Origin: an uncultured Armatimonadetes bacterium
GTDB lineage: Bacteria > Armatimonadota > UBA5829 > DTJY01
Length of the DNA: 64,000 nt
Direction: 5' to 3'
NCBI GenBank assembly: GCA_963717145.1
Contig: OY970325.1
Location: 4,640,001-4,704,000 of the forward strand
The notes under the pieces are model-generated. The model was not told the origin of the DNA and ran no database searches. It worked only from the letters and a program-made list of their open reading frames with translations. The position numbers were made by a program, and so were the translations under genes. Below are positions 10,242-19,005 of this stretch, piece by piece. How positions within the stretch are numbered: position 1 is the first letter of the stretch; each line of letters starts with the position of its first letter.

Positions 10242-10709
10242 ATGGGTGCGGTTTACAATATAGTCTCGCAGTACGTGCCGTTCATACGAAAGAAGCCGGT
10301 CGTCGACCGGGAGAAGGCGCTGAGGGCGATTCCTATTCGCCATCCGCAGGTGCGGTTCGAGCGCAACGAGGAGGGCGACATCTGCCTGTACCTCCCCCGG
10401 CGCAAGGATCGGTTCGCCCGGGCACTGATGTTCATATTTCGAGCCCCGCCCGAGAAGGAGATCGTGCTTGACGAGGTCGGCTCGGATGTCTGGGATCTGT
10501 GCGACGGTGAAAACACTGTCGAGGCGATCGTAAGTGCTGTCGCGAAGAAGTACAAGATCACACGGAGGGAATGCGAAACCTCCATCGGCGTATACCTGAA
10601 GACTCTCGGCGAGCGCCACCTCGTCGGATTGCGGATGGCCAGTCGTCCCGAGGCTCGGAAGCCCGAAGCGTCGCCGATTCGGCCGCGAAAGATACGAAGA
10701 AGACAATGA
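10242..10709 (+). CDS. PqqD family / RiPP-recognition-element-like protein
   Basis: LDEVGSDVWDLCDGENTVEAIV...YLKTLGERHLV wHTH pattern of PqqD. Confidence 0.8.
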   Translation: MGAVYNIVSQYVPFIRKKPVVDREKALRAIPIRHPQVRFERNEEGDICLYLPRRKDRFARALMFIFRAPPEKEIVLDEVGSDVWDLCDGENTVEAIVSAVAKKYKITRRECETSIGVYLKTLGERHLVGLRMASRPEARKPEASPIRPRKIRRRQ

Positions 10710-11338
10710 ACAATACCAATGGAAGTGAAGCTGTCGGCCGGCAGGTCCAACTGCCGCTGAAGAAGGCTTTCGAGATCAGCCTGAGGAGCATCAAGATCAG
10801 GTTCTGGCGGTCGATGATCACGGCCGGGGGGATCATGCTCGGGATCGCGTTCCTCACATCGGTGCTGACGACGACGCTGATCCAGTCGCATTTGCCGGAT
10901 GCCGCGATGGATGCGAAAGCGCTCCAGGCCGCACAGAACCGTCAGATTTGGCTTGTCATCATGTCGCTGCTCGTGTGTACCGTCGGCATCACCAATTCGA
11001 TGCTGATGTCGGTAACCGAGCGCTACAAGGAGATCGGGACGATGAAGTGCCTCGGAGCGCTCGACAGCTTTGTCGTGGAGCTGTTCATTCTGGAATCCGG
11101 CATGCTGGGAGTCATCTCATCGTTCATCGGGTGGTCCATCGGCGCCGGGGGCATCCTGCTGCTGGCGATCGGCGGCCATGGGGTGGCGATCGTTGGCAAG
11201 ATCGGGATCCTTCCGATCCTCGGCACGCTTGGAATTGCGATGCTCGTTGGGGTCAGTCTCACGATGATCGCGACGATTGCGCCCGCCGTCCGAGCGGCCA
11301 AGATGCCACCCGCCATGGCACTCAGGGCGGAGATCTAG
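10706..11338 (+). CDS. Minimal FtsX-like ABC permease lacking a large periplasmic domain
   Basis: ATGA overlap with the pqqD-like gene; GITNSMLMSVTERYKEIGTMKCLGA; C-terminal PAVRAAKMPPAMALR. Confidence 0.85.
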   Translation: MNNTNGSEAVGRQVQLPLKKAFEISLRSIKIRFWRSMITAGGIMLGIAFLTSVLTTTLIQSHLPDAAMDAKALQAAQNRQIWLVIMSLLVCTVGITNSMLMSVTERYKEIGTMKCLGALDSFVVELFILESGMLGVISSFIGWSIGAGGILLLAIGGHGVAIVGKIGILPILGTLGIAMLVGVSLTMIATIAPAVRAAKMPPAMALRAEI

Positions 11339-11342
11339 AGAC

Positions 11343-11484
11343 AAATCAGAAATTCGAAGCTCGAAATTCGAAACAAACCGCAAATCAGGAGAACTGCGAA
11401 AGAAGCAAACGGTTGTTTTCCCGCATTTTCGGATTCCGGTGATTGCTTCTTTGTTTCGAGTTTCGATATTCGTGCTTCGAATTT
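11343..11484. repeat. Miniature inverted-repeat element built from TTCGAAA-like heptamers
   Basis: aaattcgaagctcgaaattcgaaacaaa (11350-11377) pairs imperfectly with tttgtttcgagtttcgatattcgtgcttcgaattt (11450-11484). Confidence 0.7.
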
Positions 11485-11501
11485 CCAGAGGGTGAAAAAC
11501 A

Positions 11502-12242
11502 ATGTCGGCAAACGAATATGTAGTCAGAACGAAGGACGTTGCCAAGGAATTCACCATGGGCGACCAAGTCCTGCGCGCGCTCGATGGAGTGCATCTGGAC
11601 ATCCGCCGAGGTGAATACATATCCATCATGGGCCCGTCCGGCTCCGGGAAGTCCACGCTCTTCAATATGATCGGTGGGCTGGACAAGCCGAGCGAGGGCT
11701 CGGTCTTCATCAACGATGTCGACATGGCACAGCTCGACGCGCAGGAACTTGCGTACCTGCGCTGCCGCACCATCGGCTACATATTCCAGTCGTTCAACCT
11801 GATCCCCGTCATGACCGCGCTGGAGAACGTCACCCTCCCGATGATCTTTGCCGGCACACCCACCGAGGAGGCCAGCGAGAAAGGCATGGGACTCCTGAAG
11901 TTGGTCGGTCTCGGCGATCGGTTGTTCCACAAGCCGACCGAGCTTTCCGGCGGGCAGCAGCAGCGTGTGGCCATCGCCCGGTCGTTCGCCAACGACCCCG
12001 CGATCATCCTTGCCGACGAGCCCACGGGTAACCTCGACCTCAAGACCGGCAAGGACATCATCCTGCTGCTGAAAGAACTCAACAAGATTCGCGGCGTCAC
12101 AATCATTTCCGCGACCCACGACCTGAAAATGGTTGATGTCTCTGACCGCGTCGTATGGATTCGCGATGGTAAGATCGAGCGAATCGAAGAGCGCTCTGAC
12201 CTCGACCTGAAGGTCGGCGAGATGGAAGGCGTCGACGAGTAG
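11502..12242 (+). CDS. ABC transporter ATP-binding protein (LolD/MacB-like)
   Basis: Walker A GPSGSGKS, signature LSGGQQQRV, ILADEPTGNLD, and H-loop ATHD. Confidence 0.95.
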   Translation: MSANEYVVRTKDVAKEFTMGDQVLRALDGVHLDIRRGEYISIMGPSGSGKSTLFNMIGGLDKPSEGSVFINDVDMAQLDAQELAYLRCRTIGYIFQSFNLIPVMTALENVTLPMIFAGTPTEEASEKGMGLLKLVGLGDRLFHKPTELSGGQQQRVAIARSFANDPAIILADEPTGNLDLKTGKDIILLLKELNKIRGVTIISATHDLKMVDVSDRVVWIRDGKIERIEERSDLDLKVGEMEGVDE

Positions 12243-12317
12243 CCGAGTAAAATCCTGCAGTGGCGGTGCCCGTGCCGGCCTGCATCCGCCGTTTACCGAC
12301 ACATCATGCAGAACGCA

Positions 12318-12355
12318 AGGGCGATGGAGACATTCTCCGTCGCCCTATTGTTATT
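12318..12355 (+). terminator. Probable intrinsic terminator
   Basis: Stem agggcgatggaga/tctccgtcgccct followed by an AT-rich tail. Confidence 0.55.
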
Positions 12356-12395
12356 CTGCCAACCTGGTATTTGTACCTGATTGTTGCCCAGAGTC

Positions 12396-12424
12396 TTGAC
12401 GGGAGGCGAAACTTAACGTAGAAT
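12396..12424 (+). promoter_or_regulatory. Sigma70-type promoter
   Basis: TTGACG-N17-TAGAAT upstream of ATG 12503. Confidence 0.65.
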
Positions 12425-12502
12425 CGAAGCAGGAGATCAGGCGATCAGCGATTCTACGGGATCGCCGTCTGACTCCGAATACTACGCGAAGGGCCGGAAG
12501 TA

Positions 12503-15500
12503 ATGACTAAGAACCAATCGCTGATGCGGCTTTCCATAGCTCTCATGATCGCGGTACTTGCCGTGTGTTGCATGGGTACTGCCAGGGCCGATGAATACCG
12601 AGCTTTGTGGGTTGACGCGTGGGGAAACGGTTTCCTCAGCCAGTCGCAGGTCGACGCTCTCCTCGGCGTCGTTGGTAGTGCGACGAACAGGGGGACCATT
12701 CGAGACGCGAACTGCAACATGGTGATCGTGCAGGTACGGCGGCGCGCCGATGTCTGCTACCCCTCCGGCATGGGCGAGCCATATTTCTCCGGCCTGAGTC
12801 CCTCCAACTTCAATGCACTGCAGGCGATGATCAACGCCGCGCACGACACCACCGGCGGCAAGCAGCGGATCGAGGTCCACTGCTGGATGATCCCCTTCCG
12901 GAACGGCGGGAATTCTGTATATCAGGCCCACAACGACACACCAACCGGGAGCCTTACCAATCTCGATAACTATTGGCCCACGCGCAACTCGTCCGGCGCA
13001 GAGGTTGATGGGGGCGCATTCGACCCGGGCCATCCCAAGTGCGAGGAGTACCTGACTGACGTTTTTCTGGACGTGGCCACCAACTTCGACGTTGACGGAA
13101 TACATTACGACTACATCCGCTTCACGGGGAGCACCGAGGGATATAACCCCACGAGCGTAGCCAGGTACAACGCGCGCTATGGCCTCACCGGGCAGCCGGC
13201 GTCGACAAACGAGCAGTGGAAGCAGTGGCGCCGCGATCAGGTGACTGCGTTCGTTCGCAGAGTCTACGCCAAAGTGCAGGCCGTCGCGCCGAACGTGAGG
13301 GTATCGGGCTCGTTCGTCACATGGAATCCCTCACCGGCAGCTTCGACCAGGGCTGCCTTCCAGGGCACTCGGCCTTACTATGACGTCTTCTCCGATTGGG
13401 ACGCCTGGATGGAAGAAGGCATCGTGGACATGGCCGTCCCGATGACGTACTACGACCTGGCGCTTCTGCCGAACGACTACGTAAGATGGATCAACTTCGA
13501 GAAGGACCGCAAGTTCAACCGGCACATGATCATAGGCCCGGGGATCTACCATAACGTCGCCATGCAGGATGCGCTGACGGAGCTTCTGATGACGCGCACG
13601 CCCTCACCCGCCGGCAACTACGCGCAGGGATGGGCCGGTTACTCGTACCGCGTTCCCTGGACCGGCGGTACGTGGCCGGAGTTTGCTCCGTATCTGGTAG
13701 CGCAAGTGACCCCGACGCCGGACAACATCCCGACTATGCCATGGAAGACAAGTCCCACCAAGGGACACATGAGCGGAACGGTGACGTACACGAACGGCGC
13801 ATGGGCGGACGGCGCGACGGCGAGCATCACGGGCACTGAGAGCCGGACGATGACCTGCGACGGCACAGGGTTCTTCGCATTCATCGATGTCACCCCGGGT
13901 CCGTACACCCTGACGATCAGCAAGGCAGGGTATCCGAATATTCAGGTACCGGTGACCGTAGCGATTGGCGCAGTGACGGGGAACATGTATGTTACCGACG
14001 TGGTGATGTCCGAGTCCGATCCCACTCCGGTCATATCGAACGTTGGGGCAACGGGTGTGACAAACGGCTCCGCAACGATCAACTGGACGACCGACTTGGC
14101 CTCATCGAGCCAAGTCGAGTATGGGACGACTACCGCCTACGGAATGCTGACTACGCTCGACAGCACACCGGTGACATCCCATTCGGTGGGGCTCTCCGGG
14201 CTGGCTCAGAATCAGACCCATCACTACCGGGTCCTCTCCGCCAACGCGAACGGCACATCGACGTCCAACGACTACACATTCACGACCCTCGGCCCTCCGA
14301 CCATTACCAGCGGGCCCCTGGTCATTCCTACTCAGACGACGGCGACGATCACGTGGACCACGAACTCCGCGGCGAGTGGGCTGGTCAACTACGGGGCGAC
14401 ATCGTCATACGGAAGCCAGGTTGTCGATCCCAACTCGAGCACGACATCACACTCCGTGACGATCACAGGACTGACGGCCTCGACGCCGTACCACTATCAG
14501 TGTGTTAGCGCGAACGCCTACGGAAGCGTCCAGACGACGGACAACACGTTCACGACCTCGTCCACAACGCCTGATGTCATCGTGGATAACACCGATCCGG
14601 GGTGGACCAATACATCTCCGGGCGGCAACACCTGGTCCGCCGGGTCGGCTGCCGGCGTGCCTAAGATCGGGAGCAACTACCTGTACCGCGCTGGAGATGC
14701 ATCGCTTACCGAGTCGAGCATTACCAGGAAGTGCCGTTGGACACCGAGCTTGCCCACAGCAGGCACCTATGATGTCTATGCGTATTACCAGAAGGGCACA
14801 AACCGGAATACCGCCGCGCCCTACAAGGTGTACTACAACGGCGGCAACGCCACCAGTGTTCAGAACCAGTACCAGACGGAACCGAACGGGGGCGCATGGT
14901 TCCTGATCGGGCAGGATCTTCCGTTCGCGGCGGGAAGCGCAGGGTACGTCGAACTGACGACTTGTTCGATGGACACCAGGTATGTCAGCGCCGATGCCGC
15001 CAAGTGGGTATACAAGGCCGCTGCCGATTCGACCGCTCCTGTCATGATCTCGGTCACCGACGACATGTACACTACGTCTGCGACGAGCCTGCAGGCATCG
15101 TGGAGTGCGTCCGATCCCGAGAGTGCTATCACCCGCTACGATTATGCGGTTGGATCATCGGCCGGGTTGATCGATGTCAAGGGCTGGACGAACGCCGGCA
15201 CTTCGACTTCCGCCACGATCACGGGCCCGAGTTTCGCGGTGGGGTCCACCTACTACATCTCGGTACGCGCCGTGAACACCTGGGGACTCGTCTCCCTGCC
15301 CATGGCCTCCACAGGAGTCACAGTGGCACGGACCGTGGCGAACATCGCAGATGCAAAGGGCTTCGCGAATACCACGCCGGTCTGCATTCCGCTTACCGTC
15401 GTGAGCGCCAAGTTCCCGACGGCGTTCTACATGCAGGACGCCGAGCCGCGCATCGGGCATCCGAGTGGAGTCGGCTTCCGGCCTCTCGCAGGACGATACC

Positions 15501-15926
15501 GTCCTGGTGTACGGACGACTCGGCCTCGTAAACGGATGCGAGAGAGCCCTGCTGAACTGCAAGATCATACCGGGCGCGCCTGGAGATCCCGTTGAGCCGT
15601 TCCTGATCAATGCGAGGGCGGCCGGCGGCGAGCCGTTTGGAGGCTACACACCCGGAATCACCGGCGGGAACGGCCTGAACAATGTCGGAATGCTGGTCGT
15701 GATGGCGGGTTCGGTGACCGCGCTGACCTCCGATGGGTTCTACCTGCAGGACGGATCCGGCTTGCAGGATGATTCCGCCAACGCCGGTATCAAGGTCTGG
15801 ACCGGCGCACCCGACTCCGCATCCCAGAACGACATTGTGATCGTCACGGGTATTGTCTCCTGCAGGGTCGGCACGGGTGGCGTGATCTACCCGATGATCC
15901 TTGCCAGGGACATCCTGCCCCGGTAG
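12503..15926 (+). CDS. Secreted glycoside hydrolase-like family 10 (GHL10/DUF187) protein with carboxypeptidase-regulatory-like, FN3 and golvesin-like domains and an OB-like C-terminal module; +1 frameshift near 15445
   Basis: EYRALWVDAW, QVRRRAD, VDGIHYDYIRF and WRRDQVT motifs. The reading continues as ..ASGIRVESASG.. in ORF 15465..15926. Confidence 0.8.
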
Positions 15927-15950
15927 CCCGTTCCTATCAGCCCTGAAACC

Positions 15951-15994
15951 AAGATGCCAGGCATCGCATTCGCGATGCCTGGCGTTTTGCTTTT
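15951..15994 (+). terminator. Intrinsic terminator
   Basis: gatgccaggcatcgc-attc-gcgatgcctggcgtt followed by T-runs. Confidence 0.75.
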
Positions 15995-16054
15995 GTACCC
16001 CAAACAGCTGCACAGGTCAAAGGAATTCCAACTCCAACGTCGAACAGGCTGACT

Positions 16055-16558
16055 ATGAACGCAACTGTGCAGCCGTTCACTCAGGGACAATACTGCGTCA
16101 TCGATCCCGGTGTCACCATCGGTGAGGGCACACGTCTGGGGAACTTCGTCCTCATCCGGGCCGACACGTCGATAGGGCAGGGATGCACGATCGGGTCCTA
16201 CGTGGACATCGAAGGCGAAGTCTCCATCGGCAGTCTCGTCTCCCTGCAGAGCGCCGGTTATATCACGCGTGGGGTGATCATCGAGGATGAGGTATTCTGC
16301 GGCCCGCGCGTCATTACCATGAACGACAAGCGCATGACGTACCGACGCGCGAACCTCACTTTCGAGCGCAACGCGCCCCGCATTCTGCGCGCGGCAAGAG
16401 TGGGCGGCGGCAGTGTGCTCCTGCCTGGAGTCACCATCGGCGAGAATGCACTGGTGGGCGCCGGCTCAGTCGTCACCAAAGACGTGCCGGACTATGCCAT
16501 TGTCTTCGGCAATCCGGCGCGGATAGTCGGAACCGTGCGGACGGAGGATCGGCTGTGA
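16055..16558 (+). CDS. Hexapeptide-repeat acyltransferase (WbpD/WlbB-like sugar N-acyltransferase)
   Basis: Left-handed beta-helix repeats; [23 protein letters not shown]. Confidence 0.9.
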   Translation: MNATVQPFTQGQYCVIDPGVTIGEGTRLGNFVLIRADTSIGQGCTIGSYVDIEGEVSIGSLVSLQSAGYITRGVIIEDEVFCGPRVITMNDKRMTYRRANLTFERNAPRILRAARVGGGSVLLPGVTIGENALVGAGSVVTKDVPDYAIVFGNPARIVGTVRTEDRL

Positions 16559-17436
16559 TTGATACAGACAAGCTCATCATAAACGCGGCCATCACAGGTT
16601 GCGTACTCGGCAAACACCACACTCCCCATCTGCCGATCACTGTATCGGAGATCGTCGAATGCGCCCAGCGCGTACAGGATGCCGGAGCGTCCATCGTGCA
16701 CCTGCACGCGCGGACCGCGGATGGGTCGCCGTCTTATGACGAGGACGCATACTGCGAACTCGTGGACCGCGTGCGGCGGGCATGCGATGATATGATCGTC
16801 TGCGTTTCCCTGAGCGGACGGCACGTCGAGGACCTCGACAGGCGGGCGGCGGCGTTGGCGTCGCGGCCCGATATGGCGAGTCTCACGATTGGGTCACTGA
16901 ACTTTGCCACCCAGCCCAGTGTCAACTCACCCGACACGATCCGTGGGCTGGCCGAGCGCACTCTCGCAGCGGGAGCAGTACCGGAACTCGAGGTGTTCGA
17001 GGCCGGGTTTATCAACTACGCCTCTTTCCTGATCAAGAAATCGGTGCTGCGCCCTCCCTACTACTTCAACATCATCCTGGGCTCGCTGGGCGCGGCCCCG
17101 CTTGATCTGTTAGGTCTGGGGCACATGGTCAGTCTTCTGCCGACCGGCTCGACGTGGGCGGTCGGCGGCCTGGGCCAGTATCAGTTGGACGCTAACGTGA
17201 TGTCCATCTCGGCAGGAGGCCACGTTCGCGTCGGGCTCGAGGACTGCATACACTACGACAGGGAGCGCACTCAACTCGCCGATAATGTTCAGCTTATCAG
17301 TCGGATCGCGCGGATCGCCCGTGAAATGGGCAGAGAGCCGGCCACTCCCGCCGAGGCCAGGAGGATCATCGGGCTCGATACGTCAGTTCCGCCGGACGCC
17401 GAAAGAAGGTTGGAGTTTGCGCGTCCTGATCACTAA
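16555..17436 (+). CDS. BKACE family (3-keto-5-aminohexanoate cleavage enzyme-like)
   Basis: [25 protein letters not shown] and GHVRVGLED motifs. Confidence 0.9.
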   Translation: MIDTDKLIINAAITGCVLGKHHTPHLPITVSEIVECAQRVQDAGASIVHLHARTADGSPSYDEDAYCELVDRVRRACDDMIVCVSLSGRHVEDLDRRAAALASRPDMASLTIGSLNFATQPSVNSPDTIRGLAERTLAAGAVPELEVFEAGFINYASFLIKKSVLRPPYYFNIILGSLGAAPLDLLGLGHMVSLLPTGSTWAVGGLGQYQLDANVMSISAGGHVRVGLEDCIHYDRERTQLADNVQLISRIARIAREMGREPATPAEARRIIGLDTSVPPDAERRLEFARPDH

Positions 17437-18538
17437 CTACTGCCTGATTTCGCGCACCGGCACCGAACTGTACGTCCGCGACCTCGCGCTGGAACTTCGA
17501 CGCCAGGGACACACGCCGGCCGTGTATTCATCGTGGTTGGGGGAAACTGCTGAGGAATTGCTGGCGGCGGGCATTCCCGTGACGGATTCGCTCGATCGGC
17601 TCGATTTCGAGCCTGATGTCATCCACGGCCACCACCGGCATGAGACGCTGTCGGCCGTCCTCCGTTTTCCATCCGCTCCGGCGCTGTTCATCTGCCACTC
17701 TCATACGCGGTGGACCGACAAGCCGCCGTTTCACTCGCGCATTCTCCGATACTTCGGGGTCAGCGGGATGTACATCGAGCGACTCCGCGCTCTGGGGGTT
17801 CCGAGCGACAAGATCGGTCGGTTGTACAACTTCGTCGATCTGGAGCGATTCCGTCCTCGCCCGCCCCTGCCCGCAACTCCTCGCCGCGCGCTCATCTTCA
17901 GCAACTATGCCACCAATGAGACCTATGTGCCTGCCGTTGCCGAAGCATGCAGGCGAGCGGGGATCGAGCTATCGGTGGCCGGAAGTGGCGTAGGGAACCC
18001 GGTTGAGCGGCCTGAGGAGATCCTGGGGCAGTATGACATGGTTTTCGCCAAAGCCAAGGCGGCAATCGAAGCCATGGCCGTCGGAAACGCCGTGATACTC
18101 TGCGACCTTGGCGGTGTGGGGCCGATGGTTACATCGTCGAACTTCGAGCGCTTGCGGCCATTGAACTTCGGCTTCCAGGCGCTCACCGAGACGCACACGC
18201 CGGAAAACGTATTGCATCAGATCGAGCACTATGATGCAGAGGACGCGGCGAAGGTCAGCGAGCAACTCCGGTCATGCGCGGGGTTGAGCCATGCAGTCGC
18301 GGAACTCACCGGCATCTATCAGCAGATGATTGACGAATACCAGGCGCAAGGTCCTCTTCCCGGTCGCCTTCGAGACATCGGAGCGTCGGCTCTGGAAGCG
18401 CGATTCCGCCTCACCTACGGCGCGCTGCGATTGTGGCGATCCATCCCGCAGGAGAAGCGCCAGGCCATGCAGAATCACTGGGGGATTGGTGCGGTAAAGC
18501 GCGGAATCCAACTCATGCTTTGCGGCCGTGCAAGATAG
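17417..18538 (+). CDS. Glycosyltransferase, GT-B/GT4-like
   Basis: TTG start (MRVLITN..GTELYVRDLA), PDVIHGHH, AIEAMAVG. Confidence 0.8.
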   Translation: MRVLITNYCLISRTGTELYVRDLALELRRQGHTPAVYSSWLGETAEELLAAGIPVTDSLDRLDFEPDVIHGHHRHETLSAVLRFPSAPALFICHSHTRWTDKPPFHSRILRYFGVSGMYIERLRALGVPSDKIGRLYNFVDLERFRPRPPLPATPRRALIFSNYATNETYVPAVAEACRRAGIELSVAGSGVGNPVERPEEILGQYDMVFAKAKAAIEAMAVGNAVILCDLGGVGPMVTSSNFERLRPLNFGFQALTETHTPENVLHQIEHYDAEDAAKVSEQLRSCAGLSHAVAELTGIYQQMIDEYQAQGPLPGRLRDIGASALEARFRLTYGALRLWRSIPQEKRQAMQNHWGIGAVKRGIQLMLCGRAR

Positions 18539-18714
18539 CAGCGACACACTTTCTTGTGCAGTTGTTTCCGACAGTGGCCTCTTGGGGAGCGGAGCGCAGC
18601 ACGGCCAGATTCTTCGCGCCGCTCCTTCGAAAATAGCCGACCATCGGCTGTTTTCATCTATAGTGGTGTCCCGAGGGGACATGCCGGATTCCTAAGAAAA
18701 CACCGATCCCCTGG

Positions 18715-18778
18715 CCGATCTCCAGACGACTCCGTCGTCGACCGCCGCAGATCGACGACGGAGTCGTCTGGAGATCGG
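18715..18778. repeat. Perfect inverted repeat, 27-bp arms, 10-nt loop
   Basis: ccgatctccagacgactccgtcgtcga / tcgacgacggagtcgtctggagatcgg. Confidence 0.9.
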
Positions 18779-18856
18779 TATTCTCTTTCTGAAACAACCG
18801 CGTTCCGCGCGGTAACCTGCTCAGAAGGACATTCGCTGAGCTGTTCCGGCGCGGAT

Positions 18857-18885
18857 TTGACACTCCGTTAACGGAGGTGTATAAT
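18857..18885 (+). promoter_or_regulatory. Consensus sigma70 promoter with a palindrome in the spacer
   Basis: TTGACA-N17-TATAAT; the spacer contains the perfect palindrome CTCCGTTAACGGAG (18863-18876). Confidence 0.85.
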
Positions 18886-19005
18886 TCCAGTGGCCCTGCC
18901 GGCGGATACGCCGGTCCTTCCGTTTTCCATGCTTGCTTCACAGGGCCGGCGCCTTCGGAAAATGATCTCTTCTCCGGCGAGCAACTCGTCGGAGTGATAT
19001 ATTGA

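Noticed and set aside
10242-10709. PQQ biosynthesis or a complete RiPP cluster
   Set aside because: No pqqA/B/C/E, precursor peptide or adjacent maturase; the SPASM enzyme 32 kb away looks like a sulfatase maturase.
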